Under the pieces are notes generated by a model that saw only the letters and a program-made list of their open reading frames with translations, did not search any database and was not told the DNA's origin. From the NCBI GenBank assembly GCA_000387965.1, contig APJZ01000002.1, forward strand, positions 90,001 through 122,000: a stretch of DNA of 32,000 bases, written 5' to 3'. The DNA is from Candidatus Nanobsidianus stetteri. Lineage in GTDB: Archaea > Nanobdellota > Nanobdellia > Nanobdellales > Nanobdellaceae. Of the stretch, positions 25,102-32,000 are shown in pieces (the first letter of the stretch is position 1; every line of letters starts with the position of its first letter). The translations under genes were made by a program, and so were the position numbers.

Positions 25102-25502
25102 AACCAATTAGTGCAAAAGTAACTAGGGGAATTACTGTTGGTACGATTTTAAAGGTTGCAGATAATTCAAAGGCAAAGTTAGCAAAGGTAATTTCTGTGG
25201 TTGGATATAAAGGTGTAAAGAGAAGATATGCTAGAGCAGGAGTTGCTGATATGGTTTCTGTATCAATAATAGACGGAGATTTATCATTGGTTGGAAAGGT
25301 TATGAAAGCTGTTATAATTAGACAAAGAAAAGAATATAGAAGAAAGGATGGTACAAGAATAAAGTTTGAGGATAATGCTTGTGTAATTATAAAAGATGAA
25401 AAAACTGGAACACCAGCAGGCACAATTATCAGAGGACCAGTAGCAAGAGAGGTTGTTGAAAGATGGCCTGAAATTGGAAAAATTGCAAGTATAATTATAT
25501 AA
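25098..25502 (+). CDS. rpl14: Ribosomal protein L14 (uL14)
   Basis: Matching segments are LKVADNSKAK, AGVADMVSVSI, VIIRQRKEYRRKDGTRIKFEDNACVII and GTIIRGPVAREV. ATGA overlap with S17. Confidence 0.93.
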   Translation: MKPISAKVTRGITVGTILKVADNSKAKLAKVISVVGYKGVKRRYARAGVADMVSVSIIDGDLSLVGKVMKAVIIRQRKEYRRKDGTRIKFEDNACVIIKDEKTGTPAGTIIRGPVAREVVERWPEIGKIASIII

Positions 25503-25503
25503 A

Positions 25504-26028
25504 ATGGTTCTAAAAATAAAAAATATTGATTATAAAGATTGGAGTTCATCATGGAAATCTTCTGAAAGTTCTAGAAAACAGAGAAAGTATATAATAAATG
25601 CTCCTTTACATATTAGGGGTAAGATGATCTCTTCAATGTTATCAAAAGATATAAAGAATTTAATTAAAATAAATTCTTTACCTTTAAGAGTTGGAGATTA
25701 TGTTAAAGTTTTAAGAGGTAAATATAGAAATACCGAAGGATTTGTAATCCATATAGATAGAAAAAGATATAAAGTATATATAGATAATGTTAAATTTACA
25801 AATAAAGCAAATAGAGAAGTTTATAGACCCATTCATAGTTCAAAATTATTGATATTAAGATTGAATTTAAAGGATAAAAAAAGAATTGAAATTATAAAAA
25901 GAAAAATGAAGGCAAAAAATATTGAAGAAAATAAAATAGAAGAATTAATAAATCAATTGGTAAATAATTTTGCAGTAAAGGAAGATGAATTGGCAAAAGT
26001 AACTGAATTGAACAAAAAATTTAAATAA
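25504..26028 (+). CDS. rpl24: Ribosomal protein L24 (uL24) with N- and C-terminal extensions
   Basis: Matching segments are SRKQRKYIINAPLHIRGKMISSMLSKDI, the KOW motif VGDYVKVLRGKYRNTEGFV, and RPIHSSKLLI. Confidence 0.88.
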   Translation: MVLKIKNIDYKDWSSSWKSSESSRKQRKYIINAPLHIRGKMISSMLSKDIKNLIKINSLPLRVGDYVKVLRGKYRNTEGFVIHIDRKRYKVYIDNVKFTNKANREVYRPIHSSKLLILRLNLKDKKRIEIIKRKMKAKNIEENKIEELINQLVNNFAVKEDELAKVTELNKKFK

Positions 26029-26065
26029 GAAAATATTTTAAAAATAGTTATTAAAAAATAATAAA

Positions 26066-26797
26066 ATGGCTCATGTTTCCAATAAAAGGCATCTAAGAAA
26101 TATTACAATACCAAAAACATGGCCAATAAGTAGAAAGAAATATTATTGGATTATTAGACCATCAACAAACGGGTATAAGTTTGAATATAGTATGCCAATA
26201 TTATTATGGTTAAGAGATTATTTAAAAATTGTAAAAAATAAGAAAGAAGCAAAATACTTATTAAGAAATGAAAAAGTTTTGGTAAATAATAAGAAGATAA
26301 AAGATTTAGGATATAGTGTTGGATTATTTGATGTTATATCAATTAAAGATTTAAATAAAAATTATAGGGTTGTTATGTCCAATAATTTAAAATTAAAATT
26401 GGTTGAAATTCCAGAACAAGAAAAAGATTTGAAAATAATAAAAATTGTAAGGAAAAATCTTGTTAAGGGAGGAAAAATACAGGTTACTGGAATTGATGGA
26501 AGGAATTTTATAATTGATGATAAAGATATAAAAACAGGAGATAGCGTTCTATTTAATACAAAAGAAAATAAGATAGAAAAGATAATAAAAATGAATAAGG
26601 GAAATTTAATATATATATTTTATGGAGCAAAGGTAAGTACAATTGGAAGATTAGAAAATATAAAAATATTTAGAAAACCATTCGGACATACAAGATTTAT
26701 AGAATATATAAATATGGATAATAATAAAAAGGAAGAAACAATATTCGATTATTCGGTTGTAATAGGCGAAGACAAACCTTTAATTACTGTAAGATGA
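26066..26797 (+). CDS. rps4e: Ribosomal protein S4e (eS4)
   Basis: N-terminus MAHVSNKRHLRNITIPKTWPISRKKYYWIIRPS, followed by S4-like and KOW regions. Position is conserved between L24 and L5. Confidence 0.9.
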   Translation: MAHVSNKRHLRNITIPKTWPISRKKYYWIIRPSTNGYKFEYSMPILLWLRDYLKIVKNKKEAKYLLRNEKVLVNNKKIKDLGYSVGLFDVISIKDLNKNYRVVMSNNLKLKLVEIPEQEKDLKIIKIVRKNLVKGGKIQVTGIDGRNFIIDDKDIKTGDSVLFNTKENKIEKIIKMNKGNLIYIFYGAKVSTIGRLENIKIFRKPFGHTRFIEYINMDNNKKEETIFDYSVVIGEDKPLITVR

Positions 26798-27324
26798 ACT
26801 CAAATAAAAATAATATAATGAGGAGAATTATTATTGATAAAGTAACAATAAATATTGGAGTAGGTAAACCTGGTGAACCTTTGGAAAAGGCAGAAAAATT
26901 ATTAAAAAAGATGTTTCCAGATCTCAAACCTGTTAGAACAAAGGCAAAGAAAAGGGTACAAGCATGGGGAATTAGGCCAGGATTGGAAATTGGGGTTAAA
27001 TTAACAATAAGAGGTAAGAAAGCCGAAGAAACATTGAAATGGTTGTTAAAAGCAGTAAATAATACATTAAAGGAATCACAATTTGACAAATACGGAAACT
27101 TTGGATTTGGAATAAAAGAATATGTATGGATACCAGGTATGAAATATGATCCATCAATTGGTATATATGGTATGGATGTTATAGTAACCGTTAGGAGACC
27201 TGGATATAGAGTAATGTATAGAAGAATTAAGAGGTCAAGTATACCTGAAAGACATAGAACTACAAAAGAGGAGGTTATAGAATATTTAAAAAATAATTTT
27301 GGTGTAAATATTGTAAAAGAATAA
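26794..27324 (+). CDS. rpl5: Ribosomal protein L5 (uL5)
   Basis: Matching segments are IDKVTINIGVG, VRTKAKKRVQAWGIRPG, KLTIRGKKAEE, GNFGFGIKEY and GMDVIVTVRRPGYRV. Confidence 0.92.
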   Translation: MNSNKNNIMRRIIIDKVTINIGVGKPGEPLEKAEKLLKKMFPDLKPVRTKAKKRVQAWGIRPGLEIGVKLTIRGKKAEETLKWLLKAVNNTLKESQFDKYGNFGFGIKEYVWIPGMKYDPSIGIYGMDVIVTVRRPGYRVMYRRIKRSSIPERHRTTKEEVIEYLKNNFGVNIVKE

Positions 27325-27355
27325 TTTTTAATATTTTTTATAATATAAAGATAAA

Positions 27356-27889
27356 ATGAGACTTCCAATCATGATAGATTATATAGAAATACCAAATGGT
27401 GTAAATATATCAATAGAAGATGGAAAAATACATATAAAGGGACCTAAAGGAGAAAAATATAGAAATATAAATAATAGGAATATTATTATTGAAATAAAAG
27501 AAAGTAAAATAATATTTAAGGCATATTTTCCATCAAAGAAAATAATTAGAGATATGAATACAATGATTGCTCATATAAAAAATGATATTGAAGGTGTAAC
27601 AAAAGGTTTTGTATATAAATTAAAAGGTATTTCAATACACTTTCCATTAAAATTAAAATTACAAAATAATACATTAATAATTGAAAATTACATGGGCGGA
27701 AGAGATATAAAAGAAATAGAAATACCAAAGGGAGTAAAAGCTACATTAAAGGAAAATGAAATTACATTGGAGGGGCATGATATAGAATTATTGGGAAATT
27801 TAGCAGGATTGATAGAAAATTCAGTAAAACCAAAGGAAAAGGATTTAAGAAAGTTCCAAGATGGAATTTATATTATTCAAAAACCATGA
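27356..27889 (+). CDS. rpl6: Ribosomal protein L6 (uL6)
   Basis: Matching segments are IEIPNGVNISIEDGKIHIKGPKGE, IEGVTKGFVYKLKGISIHFPLKLK, IENYMGGRD and DLRKFQDGIYI. Confidence 0.9.
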   Translation: MRLPIMIDYIEIPNGVNISIEDGKIHIKGPKGEKYRNINNRNIIIEIKESKIIFKAYFPSKKIIRDMNTMIAHIKNDIEGVTKGFVYKLKGISIHFPLKLKLQNNTLIIENYMGGRDIKEIEIPKGVKATLKENEITLEGHDIELLGNLAGLIENSVKPKEKDLRKFQDGIYIIQKP

Positions 27890-28263
27890 TGAATAAATTA
27901 TTAAAATTAAGAAAAATAATTAAGAGGAAAAAACCATATTATTTTAGATTTCAGTGGTGGAAAGTAATAAAATTAAGAAATAAAAAAGAATCTTGGAGAA
28001 GACCAAGAGGTATACATAATAAGATAAGAAGGAAATTGAAAAGCAGAGTTTCCATGGTAGAGGTTGGATATGGTTCTCCTAAAGAAATAAGGGGACTATT
28101 GCCAAATGGTAAGAAACCTGTATTAGTACATAATATAGAAGAATTAGAAAAAATAGATAAAGAAAAAGAATGCGCAATAATTGCCTCCAATGTTGGAAAA
28201 AGAAAAAGAGAACAAATAATAAATAGGGCAAAAGAACTAAATATTGAAATTTTTAATATTTAA
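27886..28263 (+). CDS. rpl32e: Ribosomal protein L32e (eL32)
   Basis: Matching segments are WRRPRGIHNKIRRK, VEVGYGSPKEIRGLLPNGKKPVLVHN and AIIASNVGKRKR. Confidence 0.9.
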   Translation: MMNKLLKLRKIIKRKKPYYFRFQWWKVIKLRNKKESWRRPRGIHNKIRRKLKSRVSMVEVGYGSPKEIRGLLPNGKKPVLVHNIEELEKIDKEKECAIIASNVGKRKREQIINRAKELNIEIFNI

Positions 28264-28802
28264 TACTTATATAATTTGAAATAATCTAATATAAAATTTT
28301 TTATCTTTTCAGAATCTTCATATAAATCTCTTCCAGACATATCTATTAATTTCTTTTTTCCTCTAACTTTTTCTAGATTAGATTTTAAGGAACTCAGTAC
28401 TTTTGAAAACCCAAGACCCAATAAAATTTTTTCGGTTCTGCTAGCTTTACTTATATCAAAATCTTTAAATTCTTCTACATTATGTGCAGTTTCTATACTT
28501 ATATCTAAATCACCGACAGCTGTATTTATATTATAAGCATTAATAAGTATTGTTAATTCAATTTTCCAATCAATCTTTGGTTCTTCTTTCCAATAATTTT
28601 TATATCCTTCCCATTTAGCTTCTACAAATAGTAAACCTTCCGGAGTTAATCTATGAAAATAATATTTTTCATATCTATCTTTTTTAAATATTCCTTGCCA
28701 TTTATCGCTTTCAAGGAATTTTTTAAATTTTTCATAAAAATCCTGTGGAATAAATTTTATTTTTGATCTTACTCTTGTTTTATATATTGTTTCCCAAGTC
28801 AT
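28260..28802 (-). CDS. Hypothetical protein, paralog of the upstream gene
   Basis: 180 aa. ATGA overlap with 28799-29284. The two products share a pattern of helix (F..F.KF), beta-rich middle and C-terminal helix. No family recognised. Confidence 0.5.
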   Translation of the reverse strand: MTWETIYKTRVRSKIKFIPQDFYEKFKKFLESDKWQGIFKKDRYEKYYFHRLTPEGLLFVEAKWEGYKNYWKEEPKIDWKIELTILINAYNINTAVGDLDISIETAHNVEEFKDFDISKASRTEKILLGLGFSKVLSSLKSNLEKVRGKKKLIDMSGRDLYEDSEKIKNFILDYFKLYKY

Positions 28803-29284
28803 AGTTTAAATGATGCTGTAAAGTCTTTTACTAAATTTAGAAATTCATCTGCAATTTTTCCAACATTTTTCTTATGATCCTTCAATTCGCTATCATATAA
28901 ATATTTTTCAAATAATCCTCTGAGAAATATATTGAATGGTTTATCTCCAAAATATTTTTGATAATCAGTTATTAAATCCCCATTTATTTTTATATTTAGA
29001 TTTTCTACATATTGTTTCATATTATCTAATAATTTTAATGTATCTATTGTAATATTTATATCGTAACTATATGTTACATAATCTGTTATTTTCTTTTCTG
29101 TGTGCCATTCTAAATTTATAGATCTGGATCCATCATCTTTTACTTTTTCTTCATGTTTATTTTCAAAAAAGTCAAATCCCTTATTATCCCAAAATTCTTT
29201 CATGGATTTATAGAATTTTTGAAAGTCAATTAGTCCAGTATATGAAAATGTTTTACCATCAACAATCCTCTCCTTTGGTGGCAT
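28799..29284 (-). CDS. Hypothetical protein, paralog of the downstream gene
   Basis: 161 aa with an ATG start. First gene of a two-gene unit on the strand opposite to the flanking ribosomal-protein genes. Confidence 0.5.
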   Translation of the reverse strand: MPPKERIVDGKTFSYTGLIDFQKFYKSMKEFWDNKGFDFFENKHEEKVKDDGSRSINLEWHTEKKITDYVTYSYDINITIDTLKLLDNMKQYVENLNIKINGDLITDYQKYFGDKPFNIFLRGLFEKYLYDSELKDHKKNVGKIADEFLNLVKDFTASFKL

Positions 29285-29328
29285 AATAAATAAAAAAACT
29301 TTAATAATTAAAAGTTAAACTTTCTATA

Positions 29329-29715
29329 ATGTATAAGATAATATCTTTTTTATATAGGCTAAGGGAGAAAAAGGATTCAATTATAGTTGTAGAAGGTAGG
29401 AAAGATAAAGAAGTATTAAGAGAATTTGGATTTAATAATGTATATACAATATATGAATTAAGAAAGGATGATAGAATATTTTTAAATTATAGAGAGGCAA
29501 TTATATTGACAGATAATGATAATAAAGGGAGAATTTTATATAAATATGTAAGAAATTTACTAGAATCTGATGGAATAATTATAAATGATATTGAAAGGAG
29601 AAGATTCTTTAAATATTTTAAAGTAAGAGAAGTTGAAGATTTAAGAAAGCATGTTGAAGAAATAAAGTTTTATATTAATTATTTTGAGAATCCTGAGAAG
29701 ATTTTGTACTTTTAA
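29329..29715 (+). CDS. Small Toprim-domain protein (COG1658-like)
   Basis: IIVVEGRKDKEVL supplies the Toprim Glu and AIILTDNDNKGR supplies the DxD. The 128-aa size fits. Confidence 0.7.
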   Translation: MYKIISFLYRLREKKDSIIVVEGRKDKEVLREFGFNNVYTIYELRKDDRIFLNYREAIILTDNDNKGRILYKYVRNLLESDGIIINDIERRRFFKYFKVREVEDLRKHVEEIKFYINYFENPEKILYF

Positions 29716-31066
29716 TTTTTTTAATTGGATATGATAAAGGATTTTTAATTAATGAGCAAATATTATCTGGAGTACATACTCCAATATCCTTATAATATAT
29801 TTCATTATTACAATTTGGGGTTAAATATCTTTTATTATTTTTATATAATTTCTTATGCCATTCTAATTGATATTCTATATATCTATCCTTTAGAGGATCT
29901 TGTAAACTTTCATTCCATTCTTTTATATATTTTTCAATTTTATCCCAATCCCATCCAATATTTGCAAAGAAATTTATTAATATAAATAGAGATCTTTTCC
30001 TTCCGTCCTCTATTTCTTTATTATTTAATATATTTTTTATACATGGAGGAAATAAATCTTCATTTATTTCTATCTTTCTTTTCTTTATTTCTTCAACATC
30101 TTTTTTTGTTTCTTCAATTCCTTCCCGATTTTTATAATTTTCTGCTAATCTGCTAAATTTTACTACTTCAACTTCATTTTTTATTTTCCATAATAATGAA
30201 TCATTAATTAATTCTTTTAATTCTCCAGATTCTTTTCTTTCTAAATCTTCAGTTAAATATGGTATACCTTCATATGAATAATTATTTATATTAGAATCTT
30301 CAGGATTTAGTTTTTCTATGTAATTTTCCTTTATTGGTATAGATAAATTTCCAGTTTTCTCATTTATTGAATATAAACATCTAATTAAATGTCTTGATGA
30401 TATTAATATTGTATCTATTTCAATTATATCGTATGGATTAAATCTTTCTATGTCATTTACTCCATATTCTTTTAATTCATCTTCACTAAATTTTAATAAT
30501 ATTATTTTTTTTAATTTCTCTTCTATATTTTTTGATATATATAATGCCAATATTCTTGCAAGATCTGGGAATAATTTCCTAGTCTCTTCTTCTACGAAAT
30601 TATCTTTTTTATATATATTTATTGTTTCTGGAAATATTTCCCATGGAATTGCTATATGAAAACCTTTTCCTCCAGAATATTTAATATATATTGGATTAAT
30701 ATTTTTTTCTTTTAAATAATCAACAATAATTCTTGCAGTAACTTTTGATAGATCTAAAGATTTTGCATCTATATCTATTATAAAATCCCATCCCAATCTA
30801 TATTCATTTAAATCTTTTTTTGAAACTTTTTCGCTTAAAATATTTAGATCAATCCATCTCTCAATTGATATATGAAATGAAATAGCACCTTTTTTAATAT
30901 AGTTTATTATATCATCTTCTGTTTCTATTTTTGATGGTCTATGTCCAAAATTATTATTTGATAATAAATATCCAACTTCTCTATTCTGCGAAATTTTTAC
31001 CATATCTTCTAAAATCTCTCTATTATTTTGATAGAATTTAATTAAATTATTTAGCATTATACTCAT
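29675..31066 (-). CDS. Single-chain DNA primase: PriS catalytic domain fused to PriL C-terminal Fe-S domain
   Basis: PriS motifs are WDFIIDIDA (DxD), YSGGKGFHIAIPWE and RHLIRCLYSINEKTG. The C-terminal part has FPPCIKNIL....GRKRSLFILINFF plus three more Cys (PNC, GVC, NIC..IKNPLSY), like the PriL 4Fe-4S domain. Confidence 0.8.
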   Translation of the reverse strand: MSIMLNNLIKFYQNNREILEDMVKISQNREVGYLLSNNNFGHRPSKIETEDDIINYIKKGAISFHISIERWIDLNILSEKVSKKDLNEYRLGWDFIIDIDAKSLDLSKVTARIIVDYLKEKNINPIYIKYSGGKGFHIAIPWEIFPETINIYKKDNFVEEETRKLFPDLARILALYISKNIEEKLKKIILLKFSEDELKEYGVNDIERFNPYDIIEIDTILISSRHLIRCLYSINEKTGNLSIPIKENYIEKLNPEDSNINNYSYEGIPYLTEDLERKESGELKELINDSLLWKIKNEVEVVKFSRLAENYKNREGIEETKKDVEEIKKRKIEINEDLFPPCIKNILNNKEIEDGRKRSLFILINFFANIGWDWDKIEKYIKEWNESLQDPLKDRYIEYQLEWHKKLYKNNKRYLTPNCNNEIYYKDIGVCTPDNICSLIKNPLSYPIKKIKSTKSSQDSQNN

Positions 31067-31134
31067 AATATTTTTTTATTGCAAAAAAATAAAAATTACA
31101 AAGATTTATAAAAATTTATAAAATCATTCTAATA

Positions 31135-31680
31135 ATGTTTTATGAAGTTCAAATATATGATGTAGTAAGAGTACCACCGAATGAAATAACGGATAATGTA
31201 AATGAAATGATAGAAAAAATACTATTAAATAATTATGTTGGAATGGGTGGAAAAGAATATGGAATAATTGTAACAATAAAATCCATAGATGAAATATCCG
31301 AAGGTATAATGGTTTTTGAAGATGGGGGAGTATATTATAAGGTAAAATTTACTGCAATTTCATATTTCCCAAATATTTCTGAACTAACGTATGGATTTGT
31401 GTCATCTATAACAGAATTTGGAGCATTTATAAATATAGGACCTATAGATGCATTGGTTCATATTTCTCAAATAATGGATGACGAGGTATCAGTTTCTGGA
31501 AGGGAAGCTTTAATTGGAAAGAATAGTAGAAAAGTATTGAAGGTAAATGATATGGTAAAGGCAAGAATAGTTACAGTAAGTTATAAAGGAGTATCTAACG
31601 TAAGGATTGCAATGACAATGAAGCAACCAGGATTGGGAAAATTGGAATGGCTTGAGCAAAAGAAAAAATCTGGTAAATAA
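31135..31680 (+). CDS. rpo7: RNA polymerase subunit Rpo7 (E')
   Basis: The N-terminus MFYEVQIYDVVRVPP is followed by an S1 domain (GFVSSITEFGAFINIGPIDALVHISQI). Confidence 0.88.
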   Translation: MFYEVQIYDVVRVPPNEITDNVNEMIEKILLNNYVGMGGKEYGIIVTIKSIDEISEGIMVFEDGGVYYKVKFTAISYFPNISELTYGFVSSITEFGAFINIGPIDALVHISQIMDDEVSVSGREALIGKNSRKVLKVNDMVKARIVTVSYKGVSNVRIAMTMKQPGLGKLEWLEQKKKSGK

Positions 31681-31883
31681 TGGCATATAGAAAACCAAAA
31701 AGAAAAGTATGTAGAAATTGTAAGGCAATAATTGATAAGGATGTAGATAGATGTCCATATTGTGGTTCTACAGATTTATCTGAAGATTATTCTGGATTTA
31801 TTATAATTGTAAATCAGGAAAATTCCGAATTCTCTAAAAAATTAAATTTAAAAGAGGGTAAGTGGGCAATAAGAGTATTATAA
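31680..31883 (+). CDS. spt4: Transcription elongation factor Spt4 (RpoE'')
   Basis: The zinc ribbon CRNCKAII....CPYCGS is followed by DYSGFIIIV. It lies directly downstream of rpo7 (TAATG overlap), the conserved archaeal arrangement. Confidence 0.85.
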   Translation: MAYRKPKRKVCRNCKAIIDKDVDRCPYCGSTDLSEDYSGFIIIVNQENSEFSKKLNLKEGKWAIRVL

Positions 31884-31884
31884 G

Positions 31885-32000
31885 ATGGATATAAATAAAT
31901 TAATAAAAAAATGGATATTATATAATAAATATAAGTATGGAAATGTAGATCTAAATTCTGTTATATCAAAAATAGTATATGAAAATCCTGATTTAAAGAA
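31885..32000 (+). CDS. Start of an ORF running out of the window, possibly glutamyl-tRNA synthetase
   Basis: MDINKLIKKWILYNKYKYGNVDLNSVISKIVYENPDLK resembles the N-terminal helical segment of archaeal GluRS (..YAL.NA..H.G.A....V.G.V....P.L). Only 38 codons are visible. Confidence 0.3.
   Translation, partial: MDINKLIKKWILYNKYKYGNVDLNSVISKIVYENPDLK

Noticed and set aside
25088-25552. A 154-aa hydrophobic ORF on the minus strand, and a similar 194-aa ORF at 26784-27368.
   Set aside because: Both lie exactly antisense to well-supported ribosomal-protein genes (L14/L24 and L5). Long stop-free antisense frames with Ile/Phe/Leu-rich translations are expected in AT-rich coding DNA, so these are shadow ORFs.
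1-32000. A window-wide search for CRISPR arrays, transposases or IS ends, split-tRNA halves, and additional GC-rich RNA genes (RNase P RNA, SRP RNA).
   Set aside because: The only GC-rich islands are the two tRNAs, the 5S rRNA and its decayed relic. I found no regularly spaced direct repeats and no recombinase-like ORFs.

Overview
This window is a strongly AT-rich, very compact archaeal chromosome segment. Gene gaps are mostly under 60 nt, and ATGA or TAATG start/stop overlaps are frequent. The content is mostly housekeeping. It includes GlyRS (3' part), TrpRS, a probable GluRS start, FEN1, AlaX, TruD, Pth2, RNase P subunit Rpp21, Rpo7 and Spt4. It also carries a SecY / DUF106-like / L34e / L14e block, an S17-L14-L24-S4e-L5-L6-L32e block, L40e, a solitary 5S rRNA, tRNA-Ala(CGC) and tRNA-Ser(CGA). 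Three traits are those I associate with Nanoarchaeota/DPANN-type reduced genomes, but this lineage call is inference only. They are a single-chain primase (PriS fused to the PriL Fe-S domain), fragmented ribosomal-protein clusters (no S14/S8, no adk/cmk), and an unlinked 5S gene. Six features go beyond the ORF track. (1) Two textbook C/D box sRNAs sit in short spacers (2193-2239 plus strand, 24670-24718 minus strand), and their D guides are mutually complementary. (2) A tandem duplication of about 1.2-1.36 kb carries an orphan gene. Decayed relics of the 5S rRNA 3' half and of the neighbouring peptidase 5' end mark its junction, and the two paralogs share a 241-nt block of perfect identity. 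(3) A two-gene module of unknown function heads the secY operon. One gene is a 686-aa protein with all Endonuclease IV-type metal-ligand motifs, split by a roughly 300-aa helical insert. The other is a 562-aa helical protein. (4) A GT35 alpha-glucan phosphorylase homolog lacks the PLP lysine. (5) The 2H-phosphoesterase (LigT) gene has a frameshifted 5' end. (6) A pair of paralogous unknown genes is inserted directly after L32e. I found no CRISPR array, transposase or integrase. No recognisable complete novel system can be proven from sequence alone. The best candidates are the 9519-13292 gene pair and the duplicated orphan family at 21403-23743.
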